Below are positions 1 to 12,308 of a DNA stretch of 33,000 nt, one piece after another. Origin of the DNA: Laetmonice hystrix (lineage: Eukaryota); NCBI GenBank assembly GCA_965235115.1, contig OZ249440.1, positions 15,500,001-15,533,000 of the forward strand. Reading direction: 5' to 3'. Under the pieces are notes generated by a model. It made no database searches. It saw only the letters and a list, made by a program, of their open reading frames with translations, and was not told the DNA's origin. Position 1 is the first letter of the stretch. Each line of letters begins with the position of its first letter. The position numbers and the translations under genes are program-made.

Positions 1-657
1 ACTTGAGACTTCTATCGAAGGACTTCCCAAAGCATGATCTTAAGAAACGTTCAACTCCTCGCCGTCGTCCAGGGCGAGTATGAGGACAGAAATCCTATAG
101 CCAGCCTATAGACATTTTCTTTTGTCTATATATATCCAAGGGGATGCGGTCCATACATTGTCAGAAGTAACAGAAACGACAACAAAAAGACATTAGGGAA
201 AGCCCGGAGGTCTGTGGAATTATATGAGATCAATCCTCACGCAAGAGAGCCAGAGAAAGAGCGAGAGAGAAAGGCAGACTCGCAGCAACGTCACTCCCAG
301 TTTATATGAAGCTCAGGGAAAGCAGCACCAAACAGCCCTCCAGGGTTTAGTACATATGTAGATGGTGGTTCTTTTACTCCATAACATGAGGTTTAGATCT
401 ACATGAGGACACAAACGATGAGTGAAATTCTACTACGTGCAACGAATCAGAGCAGCCCTAAAGTCAAATGGACTAAACGAATAACATCTATGTTAACGTG
501 GGCTTTCATTCAAGACATATTGAGAAACAAGGAACAGAGAGTTTTAAGATAGCTGACAAAAGAGAATTTTCTAAACTCCGGTCTTTTCATTTAGTGTAGA
601 AATTTGTGCGGTAGCAATTGAAAACTTTCCATAAGAGACTAAAAGCTGGCAACTACA

Positions 658-695
658 GGTGGTGGTGGTGGTGGTGGTGGTGGTGGTGGGGGGGG
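658..695. repeat. (GGT)10 microsatellite followed by G8
   Basis: Direct reading: ggt x10 at 658-687, then 8 G at 688-695. Confidence 0.95.
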
Positions 696-1463
696 TATCT
701 GAAAACACGTGAACGCCCTTACATGATTATACAGTGCCTATAAATGGAAAGCGTGCTCCAGATGCATGTGCGTTATTCTGGGTTGCCTCTTACATGAATC
801 AGAGTCATACTTAGCAGTGCCACTCACACCTGCGGTGTGATAATTACCAGCGTCATGATAATTGTCGGCTGCTTTTGGGCGCCATATTATCACAGGGTAT
901 TCTAGGCGCGCTGTAATTCATCATCGTAACGTGAAGGACGCCCTGATTTCAGCGAGGGTGGGTCAGTGCCGCCGGTCAGCTGCTGCCTGGCTGATTCACC
1001 CCACACCCCACATTAGCAGTAATGCCCCCATCATATCTGCTGTGTCTTAATCGATCTAAATGGACGCCAAGCGTGGCCAAAGATCCTCCTCCAAGAGAAT
1101 CTAGGTCAGATCATGTTGGGTAAGCAAGGCCTCCTAGAAACACTTTTTCTTTTCGGAGGGGAAAGACAAGAAGATGGAGTAATTTTGTTAAGGAGTAAGC
1201 CGAGATATTAACTCCACCTGCATTTGTTTCACAGATACTACCTTTTAATTTCATAAGTAGGGGCCTATATATGTAAACCAAGATCTCGAAAGACACCCCA
1301 TCACTCCTGACACATACACAAACACCTCTTGAAGGCATAACTTACTGGTTCTAATGCCTTTATTAGTTATACTTTATCGACTTTTCACATTAACGTAATG
1401 GCAACTGCAACAACAAAAATATCAGCACCATCATCATTAACAGCAGCAGCATGCACGAGTAGT

Positions 1464-1497
1464 AGCAGCAGCAGCAGCAGCAGCAGCGAGAGAGAGA
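1464..1497. repeat. (AGC)8 microsatellite with adjoining GA dinucleotide run
   Basis: agc x8 at 1464-1487 followed by gagagagaga; explains the poly-Ser in ORF 1398..1643. Confidence 0.92.
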
Positions 1498-1899
1498 AGA
1501 ACTACGGTTGCGACCGTTGTCGAGGCAATGGATGCTGTTGCTTCAAGGCCTTGGACGCGGATTCAAAGCGGGAAAACCTTGTATTGAGCCTGAAGCGCTA
1601 TGATGGCACGTTGACAACATGGGGAGAATCCAGTCAGCCTTGATCTTCCTTGTACGCGTCCGGAGACGAGAGACAACAGGACGAGCGGCTTGGTGCAACT
1701 CTTTGTACCTAAGCTCAGTCGGAATCGTCAACAAAAATATAAAGTATAATCCAGCGAGGGACTGCTAGTGGTGAAAAAACTGTATCCTGCAGTTAAATAA
1801 ATAACAAAACAAACAAAAAACAAAAGAAAATTAATCTAGCCGTAGGTTTAGAATGCGATCTGATGTCATGATCAATTAAACACTGGCTTTTATAAAACA

Positions 1900-1951
1900 A
1901 AACTTCATATTAACCCATATTGTAAACTTCATATTAACCCATATTGTAAAC
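1900..1951. repeat. 24-bp tandem duplication (aaacttcatattaacccatattgt x2 + aaac)
   Basis: Two identical 24-mers at 1900-1923 and 1924-1947. Confidence 0.92.
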
Positions 1952-2287
1952 CGCCGTGAAATCATGACGATGCCTTTGACAGAACCTCGGGGGAAGATTT
2001 CTACAAACAACTGTTCGGCTACATGTAAGGCAAATCAACAAAATCACAATTAACTAGGAATCAACATTAAATAATATACAGGGGGCGTTAATACCTGCTC
2101 GGGGGAAAACCCATATCCTCAAACAAATGTTTTGATTTGAACAGGAATTATTATTCTGTTACATGAGCGTGAACTCCTCATGCACACACGTTTATCGTTT
2201 CGCCAATATTGTTTTATTATAGGTCATCCGAAGTTAATCATTTCGCGCTAAACCATTACATCTGTGCACAACAGGATAGTAACTCAC

Positions 2288-2297
2288 CCGTTTCCAT
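2288..2297 (-). other. Candidate short first exon segment ATG GAA ACG G ending at a GTGAGT donor
   Basis: Minus strand reads gttgccATGGAAACGG|gtgagt: Kozak GCCATGG plus consensus donor (2287-2282). No downstream coding exon could be linked. Confidence 0.3.
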
Positions 2298-2303
2298 GGC
2301 AAC
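2290..2303. promoter_or_regulatory. RFX X-box motif (GTTTCCATGGCAAC / GTTGCCATGGAAAC)
   Basis: Exact fit to the 14-bp X-box consensus GTTNCCATGGNAAC; function untested. Confidence 0.6.
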
Positions 2304-3658
2304 ACAAACGTAAACTGTTTCGGCTGTGGGTCATGAGGTCGCGGGACAAAGCCATATCGTGACCAAGACATCTCGGACTACTTTCAGTCTTTACGGCTGT
2401 CAGTTCGGATTAGCACACGGCTTAAAAGACGAGGGTTGTGAAATATGAGATTTCTATCGTGTCTGGCCGTCCCTTGTTGCGGGTGTGGAGGGAAAGCTTT
2501 GCCGATACTTTATCTTGAGGGAGTGGACGGTTGGCGCTCAATCATCGCAGCTCGACGTTGGTTAAGTGGGTTTACCCGAGATAAAACCGCAATAACCCCC
2601 AAGACGAACCGTACTGAATCAAGTCCCGTCCTCTTTGGTACCCCACTGCTTGCAAGTCACCAGGAGTGGATCATACGAGGGTTCAATACCGACATATGAA
2701 GGCACATGAGATTAGCCCTACTGTCGACCGTGTTCTAATACCCACTCAGAAAGTGCGAGGCGAGATGTATTAAAACATGCCTGCCCAGATGAAAACGAGG
2801 CAAGAGGTCACGTGGTGGAAAGAGGCACCTATTGAATCCTGTCTGCGGCTACCCGTGCTCACAGATATACTTTACCACTGATTGGGCAGGCTGGAATTGT
2901 ATCTATGGAACTGGGCCCAGAGTCTGCCCTGGACTGTGTCGCTGAGGTAATTCGGTTAGGGGCATGTTGCCACCGGTTGACAACATGTTCAAGTCGGACC
3001 TAAGGCGCCAAATCAAGTTTATGACGGTTTATTGGGTGTGTTCGTTTCGGTTGACACGTACCCGATATTGCCATTTTGTACCGTTTCGAATCGATACCGT
3101 CCGAAAGGTCGACTAGGAAGGTTGTGTCCTTATCGTCGTCTTCTGTTTGAGCTTGGAGTTTTACAGTCTAGGAGGGCATATTGAAAAGAGGCCCCAGATC
3201 GAATAAAATATTACCTATTAGTGGAAAAGGCTTAAATGAAAAGACGTTGTCTGTTTGAATATTCTCCCATCCCAAATCTACATACTAGTATCTCATATTG
3301 TCATAACCTCAATCAATAGGAATTGAAATGTTCCACGGCAGGCAAAGGAGTTCTTCCATAGCGTCGAGTGCTGAAGTTCACCATTTGATGGTAATCGTCT
3401 GAGAGGTCAGCTATCAGTTAATTTGATCGGACATCGCCTTTAGAAGTCAGTAAGAGAGTACTCTAGTCATGTGATCAGGATCGCCGCCATTGGCTCCAGG
3501 GAGAGGAAACGCGTTATCTGACATGTGACCTATATTTGACCAATGGCGTGACAGTAGCGATTTCATTAGTGTGGTTTTTGGTCGTTGGATACGGTCAGTA
3601 ACCAAGTACTGTGGAGCAAATATCATCTCCTAATGGACGCTGGCAAAAGGCCTGTCAA

Positions 3659-3671
3659 AGGTCAAAGATCA
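3659..3671 (+). promoter_or_regulatory. Nuclear-receptor DR1-like element AGGTCAAAGATCA
   Basis: One mismatch to AGGTCAnAGGTCA (HNF4/COUP-TF/RXR-type DR1); motif match only. Confidence 0.3.
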
Positions 3672-4245
3672 CGGGGTTGCACGCATTTTGATTATACTTA
3701 ATTTTCTCGCCGTTTCCTGAATTTAGAGTTCACTTCCGGTTTAAATGGTGTGAGACGGAAACTAGTTTCTTGTAATGTATGGAGAATCTCAATGAAGATA
3801 TTTATAGACGCTTTGTCACGTCATCCTAAATGTTGCCCAATGTTGTTTTTACGCTTTCAAAATAAATAAATACCTGCTTCTTTGTCTTCTAATCCATTTA
3901 TAAGGCAACTTAATGGAGACTAAGTAGATTAGGCCAGGTATACCTTGCCTTACATCAAATGTGTTTTAGCGCCCCTGGTTGGGTATGGTAATTACAAATG
4001 ACAAGTCTATAATCCGTTCAGAGAGACCACAATCTCGGACGAGGGATGCAATATTTAAATTGAAGATACAATGTACGTCGTTTTACGACCTTACAATCGG
4101 CGTGAAGCCTCGCCAGGTAAGGGAAGCCAAACTCTTAATGACATTATCTGACGAATGGGACCTTTCCCGAGTCGGTAATTGCCCGGGAAACGCTTTGTCG
4201 TGGTATACAAACACCTTGCAGGGTTGTGTCGCATAACGAACGCTA

Positions 4246-4253
4246 TGACGTCA
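4246..4253. promoter_or_regulatory. Perfect CRE palindrome TGACGTCA
   Basis: Exact CREB/ATF consensus; motif match only. Confidence 0.4.
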
Positions 4254-4907
4254 GCGGATAAGAGGGTGACGGGATTCGCAGCGTTTCATCCTGAGGGTTG
4301 GCGTGTAAACAAACAGAACAAGATGATGGAAACAGGTTGGCAGTCTTTGTGATAACGGTCCGCCGCTCCATGACGTATATAATGGAACATTTCAAACCAC
4401 TAAGTCAAACTCAAACGCTGCAATATATTGTTATGTGTGAACACAAAAGAGTAGAACTTCTACCATGCTGTTATGCTTTTATATGCTAAAGTGTATGATT
4501 TTTTGGGCAAAATGCAAATCGCTTTAGTCCCTGGGATATTGTGGAGTCATTGGGACGACGGATGTCATGCCAATCATATCTGTAATATCTTCACAAGTAG
4601 AGAAAATGTTTTTATAAACACTTGAACTAATGCCCAGAGGAGTTATACTAAGGCGAGCCAGGAATAATATGCCCATCACGGCTGTCGTCATGATGGTGAA
4701 GTTCAGATGCCATCTTGGCTCTTGGCTCCACACAAAGGCGGAGGGCAAAGGAAAGATGAGACAGGTCACATTTCAGGTCTCAGATCGCTATTTCCTACTG
4801 CGAGATTCGAGTGTGCAATGATGGCTCTACGTGACCCGTAGAAATACGATTCCGCGAAGGCTCTACGAACTCCAGGGGTCATTGGCGATAGGATTGGTTT
4901 CTACGTC

Positions 4908-4917
4908 GTCACGTGAC
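4908..4917. promoter_or_regulatory. Perfect GTCACGTGAC palindrome (USF/MiT-TFE E-box, CLEAR-type)
   Basis: Exact 10-bp palindrome; motif match only. Confidence 0.4.
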
Positions 4918-5410
4918 ATGTAACAGTTGTGCCTACAAAAGCGTATAGTAAAGAAATGACCGCTTTCAAATTCAAAGTCCGAATCCTTAGACTGCTCTTC
5001 TATAATTTCAACTCAGAAGCATTTTGAAAAAAATATTTATGTGATATTCTATGACATTTTGCTCTCTAGAAGAGGTTGAGTCTCTGGTTCTAAATCGCAT
5101 GTCCACAATATACTATCGCCAGACCTCTGAGTGTCTTGTTGATGTGTGTCACTTTGTGCGAGCCCTGCGGGTCAACTCGCCAGCGATATCATGGCCCCTG
5201 TCATGATGTCCCGAGGGTATATCTCCTCAATTTTGTATTAGAAAATTCAAAAGTCGACAAGATGAAAGTTCATGTGCAGCACAGTTTTTCCCATGGGGGA
5301 TAAAAACACGAGCTGTTTAATACGTTCCTCGCCACTGCTAAAATTACAAATTCTGTATCCAGTTTGCCTCGCCCATCGTGCGGACCGTCCAAATAGCCTT
5401 CTTATGATAT

Positions 5411-5700
5411 TTGACGGTCAAATCCTACCTCTGACGGTCAAATCTGACCTCTGACGGTCAAATCTTACCTCTGACGATCGAATCTTACCTCTGATGGGCA
5501 AATCTGACCTCTGATGGTCAAATTTTACCTCTGACGGTCGAATCTTACCTCTGACGGTCAAATCTTACCTCTGACGATCAAATCTTACCTCTGATGGGCA
5601 AATCTGACCTCTGATGGTCAAATTTTACCTCTGACGGTCGAATCTTACCTCTGACGGTCGATTCTTACCTCTGACGGTCAAATCTTACCTCTGATGGTTA
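5411..5700. repeat. 20-bp minisatellite, 14 full units plus partial (consensus ctgacggtcaaatcttacct)
   Basis: Strict 20-bp period from 5411 to 5690; a 5-unit (100-bp) higher-order block is duplicated at 5451-5550 and 5551-5650. Confidence 0.97.
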
Positions 5701-6903
5701 GGGTATGTCCGAGTATTTGTCCGAGAATCCAAGGACCCGATGGTAGGGTGGGTCAGAGGCCGAGATTATGGGAGGGAAACGCTAGGTGTAAACTGTCCCC
5801 CGCTTTAATAAACTACATGGGTTGGACCCAGGTGTTGTGGAACCCGTGCAGCCTCGCAATGACGTGGCGGAACGTTTGAAATGCAGACCACTTACCACTT
5901 TCTGCCATCAGGAGACCAACCAGAAGGTGATACGTGCAAGTGTCTCAAGGACAATGCTTACTGGGGCATACTATGGTCAGCGGTGTTGACATCAATTTCC
6001 AATATAGATTTTGTACCATTAACTGGAGAGTACATACACATTGTGCGATAATTATATGTCATTGTTCATTAAACGTCTGGAGAATAGAATATTTAGACAC
6101 AGGGTTTGTCAAAGTAGATCAGGCCGCGAGTCTGATTCCAAACACCTTCCAAGACACCAACCACCCGGACGTCGTTGATCCCTATTCCGACAATTTTTGC
6201 TAATATTCATATTCATATATGCAGCTGCTCAGGGGAAACAATATCCAGGTGCTGCCTCGTGGAAATTGGTTGGCGGTATAACATATATCCTAAACCAACC
6301 CTTACGCTATTCATAGAAACGCAATCGATCTGAATCGATTCTTGCCAGGATCACACAGGCCCGAAGGGCATTGCCTTTGTTTCTCGACCCATTGTATTGA
6401 ATTTCATTCTGAAAGAGCTCAGGTGGTGTTCGTCTGCACCTTCGAAATTTAAGTCAATCACGGCAATGATTTCGTGCCTTCAGTGCGGTTCATCGGGTGT
6501 GAATCAACAGTGCGGATCTTCTGGAGCTGGCATAATCATTCTCAGCAATAGATATATATAACATAATATGACTACAGTAAGCTTTAGTTATAAGTGTTTA
6601 ATCTGCTTGCCCGATTTTTTAATCGTTTAAAATGTATCAACACCATCATCCATTATATACATATTTCCTTTAGATATACGGGGATTTTGGGATTTCTGGG
6701 GGTTTAAATGACATCTCCTAGTGTGTCATGAATAACTTAGGATGATCCACAAGGGTCAGTTGATTCTCTCTAGATCTGGGCCATCCCGGCATTAATTCAG
6801 ACAACTGCCAAGATATGACCACACTGGAGCCTCGACTTGGACATCGTGAGCGTCCTGTCAGCGTTTGACCGCGGGGCTTACACTCAGGATAACGACGATC
6901 CTA

Positions 6904-6911
6904 TGACGTCA
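6904..6911. promoter_or_regulatory. Perfect CRE palindrome TGACGTCA
   Basis: Exact consensus; same ctaTGACGTCA context as the site at 4246. Confidence 0.4.
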
Positions 6912-7276
6912 CGCTGAGGGCAGACGTGATGTTTGGACACGGATGACACCTCTGACGGTTGACTTGCCAGGTTAGGACAGCCTTCCGACATCCGTCGCCT
7001 ATTGCCGATTTAGAAATGGTAGCAGGCTAAGGTATGGTATCAGTGTGGTACTTATTAAGTAAAACTTAAAGCTGTAAACAGTCGTTATCAATACTTCATT
7101 TAATACTCTAAAAGAGCAAGTTCCTGTCCAGGCGTGTAATTATTACCATTTTAGCATCAAATTAGTAATTTCAGCTAGATGAAATTATTCCAAACACCAG
7201 GCCCAGTTCCTAAAGTGCTGGAGTCTATGCTGAAAATACATACACATTCCAGAATCCTGTACTCTTCCTCCGATGC

Positions 7277-7284
7277 TGACGTCA
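7277..7284. promoter_or_regulatory. Perfect CRE palindrome TGACGTCA
   Basis: Exact consensus, about 130 bp upstream of a Kozak-context ATG at 7411. Confidence 0.4.
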
Positions 7285-8215
7285 CAGGTAGTCACTGTCA
7301 AACCTTGACGTGGCTTCAGTACCCGTCCGGCCAACCTGACCTGAGTGAGGCCGCAAACATTTCTACCCCCACCCCTCTCCCCTAACCCTCGGAATGCCAC
7401 TATGTGAGCCATGGCTGCCGAGACGGCGCGGACAAATGGAAGTACATGTTTTGACATTGGGAGCGACTGTTTGACCGGAGCAATTTTTCTATTAGCCAGG
7501 GAAGTAATATGTGTTACTCTGTTTTTGTGGAGGAGGATGAGTTTAACAGTTGCTCCTGGACGAACACAAAACAGAACCGGGAACAGATGTAGGCGGAGCA
7601 CGAGGCTCGTCATAGTTTCTATAACCTTATACCTTGGTATTTATGGAATTTTGAGACGTTTAGTTACAGTAAATACCCGAGGTGATCAATCCGATCTATC
7701 TGGGAGAAATGACTCTATATTATACTCTGTTTGGTACGCACTCAATTTCGTGGTCTCCTGACATGCCGAGGAGGTATTTGCGTACTTTCCACAGGAGGTA
7801 GAACTTAATGTTCGCCAGATGTTTCCGACTAGAATTCTGCCGTAAATTGCAGGACTAAAACCCTGTAGGTGTGGCCCGTCCTGTGGAGGAGTGTTGTTCT
7901 GTGTTGTATATCGTCTGGGCCGGCCGACAGTATAACACAGAACCCAGGACGTGGGTATCGAGGCCCTCTCACATGTGGTGCTGTGGTTAAGCGTTATTTG
8001 CTATACCTGAAGGCAGGTGGTGTGATGAATGCTTCTAGAGGGAGTGAATTACAAACTGTGGAAAACCTACACAATCTGTGCAGCCAAGGCTACGCTGATC
8101 TCCCATTGCTGTGTACCACCAACCCATCGAGCCGGTAGTGACCACGCTGAATTATGGACGCTCGGGTCATCTCACGCGCCTCGCTTGACCCCTCCCCCTC
8201 CCCCGGCTCGCGTTC

Positions 8216-8225
8216 GCGCATGCGC
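8216..8225. promoter_or_regulatory. Perfect NRF1 palindrome GCGCATGCGC in a CpG-rich patch
   Basis: Exact consensus next to a C-rich Sp/KLF-like tract (about 8188-8205). Confidence 0.45.
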
Positions 8226-11200
8226 CCAACGATCAGAACCCTGATGTACTCCGGGGCTTGGTGCGTGCTCTAACCACGTAATTCCGACGGCCGAAGAAGA
8301 GGCCCACAAAACGCCATATTCGCATGTAAAGGTTTTATGAACCGTAGTCTCGTACGGGTCGTGACATCAACGTGTTCGCTCTCGTCACGCGAGACCAGCA
8401 CGAATGACCTTGGACTGAATGTTACCGGTCAAATAAAAACCCGCTTAAAGATATTATGAGCAGGATCGTCTGGTCGGCATGCGTCGTTAGGGATTATTCC
8501 ATCTCTCATTCCGAGACCACTACCAGGAATGTCGGCAGAACGGGCCAATCTACGCCACGATTGATATGCCACACACTTCTCATTGTCATCTCCTCTGGGT
8601 CAAGAAAACTGTCCCATTGTCAATTTACGTTCTTAGCTACAACAGGTGCTGGCTACAAACCTCCGGTCCTTCATGTCGCCTTCCTAACCACCTATCGCTA
8701 TGAGCTCAAAGTTAGCCAGCATTTTTAGTACGAATATATTGATCCTGATCAGCTGCCACATAGATAGAAATGGCACCGTAGACAAAGCACGTTGCAGGTG
8801 CTGAACACAGGAAGAGGCCATGGATCTAATATAGAAGATCGCTTTCTCCGCCCTGTCCGCCCGCCTGCGCTCTGCCCTTTGGTTAACAAGTAATTATCCC
8901 ACGATGAATCCTGGGCCAGATTTCGTTAGGGTCAGTCACCTTTTCATGAAGTGAATTGGCTACGACCTGTCGCTCAGCAGCCGAGGCTTTCTGAAGCCAG
9001 ACTTCCCCACACCACTGCGCCAATAACTTCAAAGGATTAAGGTTTTGCCAGAGAACAGGATGACAGGGGGATTTGGCGGGTAATTTTCACACTTGCAACA
9101 ACCAAAAGAGAGCGACCGTCGAAATTGTGGCATTTTTCCAATGAGGGACGGTCGTGTGCTGCACAGACGCCTTGCAACCCCACAACCCCGTCAAGCGGCC
9201 GCAGGCAGTACTACAGGAATGAAATGTGCCGATGACACGCAGTCCTGTCTGTAAGAGATTGAAGGACGCTCCACATACATGGTAGATGTTGTGCCTGCGG
9301 TCCGTTTGGGGTGTTACCATACTGGATTGGATTCCTGCCTGTCCCGACAGCTCTGTCCAGTCCTTTCACCAAGCCTTGAGCACATCCACGATCGTGGCCG
9401 GACTATCGGATTTACCCAATCTCCGGGCAATGAAATGTATTAGGCAATCAGGGAATACATAATACTAATTACACAGAAGGCGTGGCCTGGCCACACCCCG
9501 GACAACTGCATTAGGCCTCCAATTGATGTCTAACTGCAACGGGTTAGCACCTAGAGGCATATCGATATAGATTCTAAGGGGGAGGATTGGTAACCTGCTG
9601 AAATAATTCAAAATTGAATACATCTTCACACCTCAAAAGATACGGTGGAGGCCTCTTGAACCAAAGGATAATTTTTTACCTTCAGTGTCCTCACTACTGC
9701 CGTTTGCAGTGGGTTCTTCAGGCTGCCAAACGTGCACTACATGAACACAGAGGTTGCTATAAGTGCCATTACGTCCCACAACGTATTCCGTATTGGCAGC
9801 TAATCCCTCCCCTCCATGCCCGACCATTAGATCCCGACCCTTACACCTCTTAATACAGACCCAGCAGACCATCTCAGTTTGTAGAGGATCTATACTCGGA
9901 AATTAAGGCGGGTAATCCGACCCAGGTGAGCATTACCAGTATGTGTATAGGCCCGGGGCCAGTCTCCCAGCGGGAGTATACATGGCGACTGTTTTGGGCG
10001 CCGAGGTTGAAGACATGACTGGAGAAAGTGCTTCAGGTGCAGAACAAAGCTGGCGTCTTGGACTCTACCCTGTTTGTCCTCTCTCTGTTTTCCAGTCAAA
10101 AGGAGCAGTCAGTCATGGGTTTTCCTTGAAGTATAGGCTACCTTTACAATAGACATGGGGGACGGGGGAAAAGCGGAAATATACGAGTCCCTTTCTTTTG
10201 TCTAAAGGCAGTGTTTTCTTTGGATTATTTGGCCTATATCGACATTTTAGAGGATAAGGGAGTTGTTGGGACCCCAATAATATGAAAGCCAAACGTCAAA
10301 AGCTACAGATGATTTGAGCCATGCAGTTCATCAGAATGGAAAGCGTGCAGGATAATCTACTCACGTAGCTCAGCTCACGTATCATCTACCGGAAGTAGTT
10401 TTATTCACTCTATGTCCTTCAAGAATGACGTTGGCTGTACAAACCATCCTTTAATTGTCTCACGTATTCAGTCGTCATGCAAGCGTTATGCACACGGAAG
10501 TTCCAGTGTTGTTGAAATCCATTTCGTTACATTATATAACGGAAATAAAGTTATTTTTCCAATAGAGGTTCCTCCCTTGATAAACGCGTATCTTTTCATT
10601 TTGATATTGTGACCAGGTTGAGAAATGAAAATCAGTTATGGTCCCAAGGCGTATCGACGCCCTGGATCATTGCAATGCGGCCAGGCCTGATAAGAAAGAC
10701 TTATAACTGATCAGCTTCCAATGTATGTGAGCTGAGTCAAAAGTTATCCCTTTGACAGCTAGTCAACTGGCCCAGCGGTGTGGGCGCTGCAAGGTCTGGG
10801 TATGGCCAAACCAGGCGGACAAATCGAATTGCCTGTGCCGATCAGTGGTTATAAGATTAGTAGTCCGGGAACGTGTTGGCCTGGACAGGCGATCGGCTGG
10901 CCAGGCGCATCACACCGGCCTGCCCCCCGAGTGGGAAACTGCAAATGGAATAAACGGCGCGCGGGAGGGGTCATTGGGCCCGGGCGCGCCCCACCAACCT
11001 CACACATCCGACACCCATGATATATTAATGCATTGCATACCCCAATCTCCCTCCCTCCCATCTCCCCGATACCGGGGTGGGGGTAGAACCCTCATAAATC
11101 CAACCAGTAGGATTAATAACAACGCTAAGGGGTTGCTGGTGTGCGAGGGAGGGTGAAATGTGGGACAAAATGCCATTTGGGTTTACTTTGCGTCACGTGA

Positions 11201-12308
11201 GCCAAACGCGATCATCCCCCAACCCCTTTACATCAATGTGGATTGAATCCAGTGTCCTCGTATATCAAGGATGTCGAAGAATTCAAACAAAGACAAAGAA
11301 TTGCACACAGAAATCAATACTGGCCCATGCTGTATACGTGAAAAAGTCAATCTTCGTTCTTTTCAATTCATGTAAAGTCATGAAACATGATGTTCGTTCG
11401 CATGCCTGAGACGACCAAGAAACCATTCGTGATCTCATACAACACTCTGTTTGTATTTTCCATTTCGTAGCAAAACGTTTCGTGGATAAACCTTTGTTAC
11501 ATCAAACCAAAAATACTGCTTGGTTTCAAAGCTGCTTCTCTCTGGGAAGGAACTGTACGCGGGGATTCGTTCAATACTGGCACTGTTGGCCAGTCATACA
11601 CATGATATTGTTCTGGCATTTACGGGCAATCGAGAGGTTCGAGGTAATAGATCAAGTGCCACAACCTTCGATGCCAGGACATCTAAACATTTTGCGACTA
11701 TTCCACTGATCCATTCTTTACTACATTTAAGTTAATGTTGCCTGCAGGGCGTGTGGGTCATTTAGGCGTCAAGTGAGTGATAGGTAGAATCTTTGTTTTC
11801 AATAAAACAATGAAATAGACTACATCCTTAGGCGCAAAACAAATAATTGGACAACGAGTATCTATATGAAGCAGCCCAGGATTAAGCTGTCAGTGACATG
11901 TTAAAAGTTACAAGCACAAAGTTACATGGCGTACAGGAAAGGAAGGGTGTGTCATCTTGGTGTTGAGTATGAGTATATTCGGTTTCTCGTCATGGCCCCC
12001 ATATCAAGGGCCAGGGTGGGAACGATCTGTGGAGAGGCAAGTGGATTTATAAGATATTTTGTAACTGACAACCATGACATCTGTGCTACTTCTTTACTGC
12101 CCGGCTTCTCAAAAGACTAACAAATGTGTCACACGCATGCGCTTCCCGTCTGACAACCGGAACAGGGCGCGTCTAACCAAGCTTTGAACGCCGGGGCGCC
12201 GCGCTGTGGTGGAGCGTTTCAATACTTGACAGGTCCTTGGCGGAACCCTTCTTACCCGTCTTAACGGCGGTTTGACGACATAAAGGACGAAACACACCCC
12301 ACTTCCGG

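Noticed and set aside
1398-1643. 81-aa ATG ORF with poly-Ser
   Set aside because: Openness is explained by the AGC/GA microsatellites; no recognisable domain.
3966-3983. CTCF-like tagcgcccctggttggg (also agcccctggtggtc at about 16209)
   Set aside because: The core spacing is off by one base relative to the consensus.
5411-5700. Tandem arrays (20, 55, 49, 16 bp) considered as CRISPR arrays
   Set aside because: Units are head-to-tail with no unique spacers, there are no cas genes, and the context is eukaryotic.
7185-7613. 142-aa minus-strand ORF
   Set aside because: Non-ATG start, no domain, and antisense to ORF 7411..7761; likely chance.
10752-11156. 134-aa ORF and overlapping ORFs
   Set aside because: GC-rich enhancer-like patch (GATA, AP-1 and TCF-like motifs nearby) keeps several frames open; low-complexity products.
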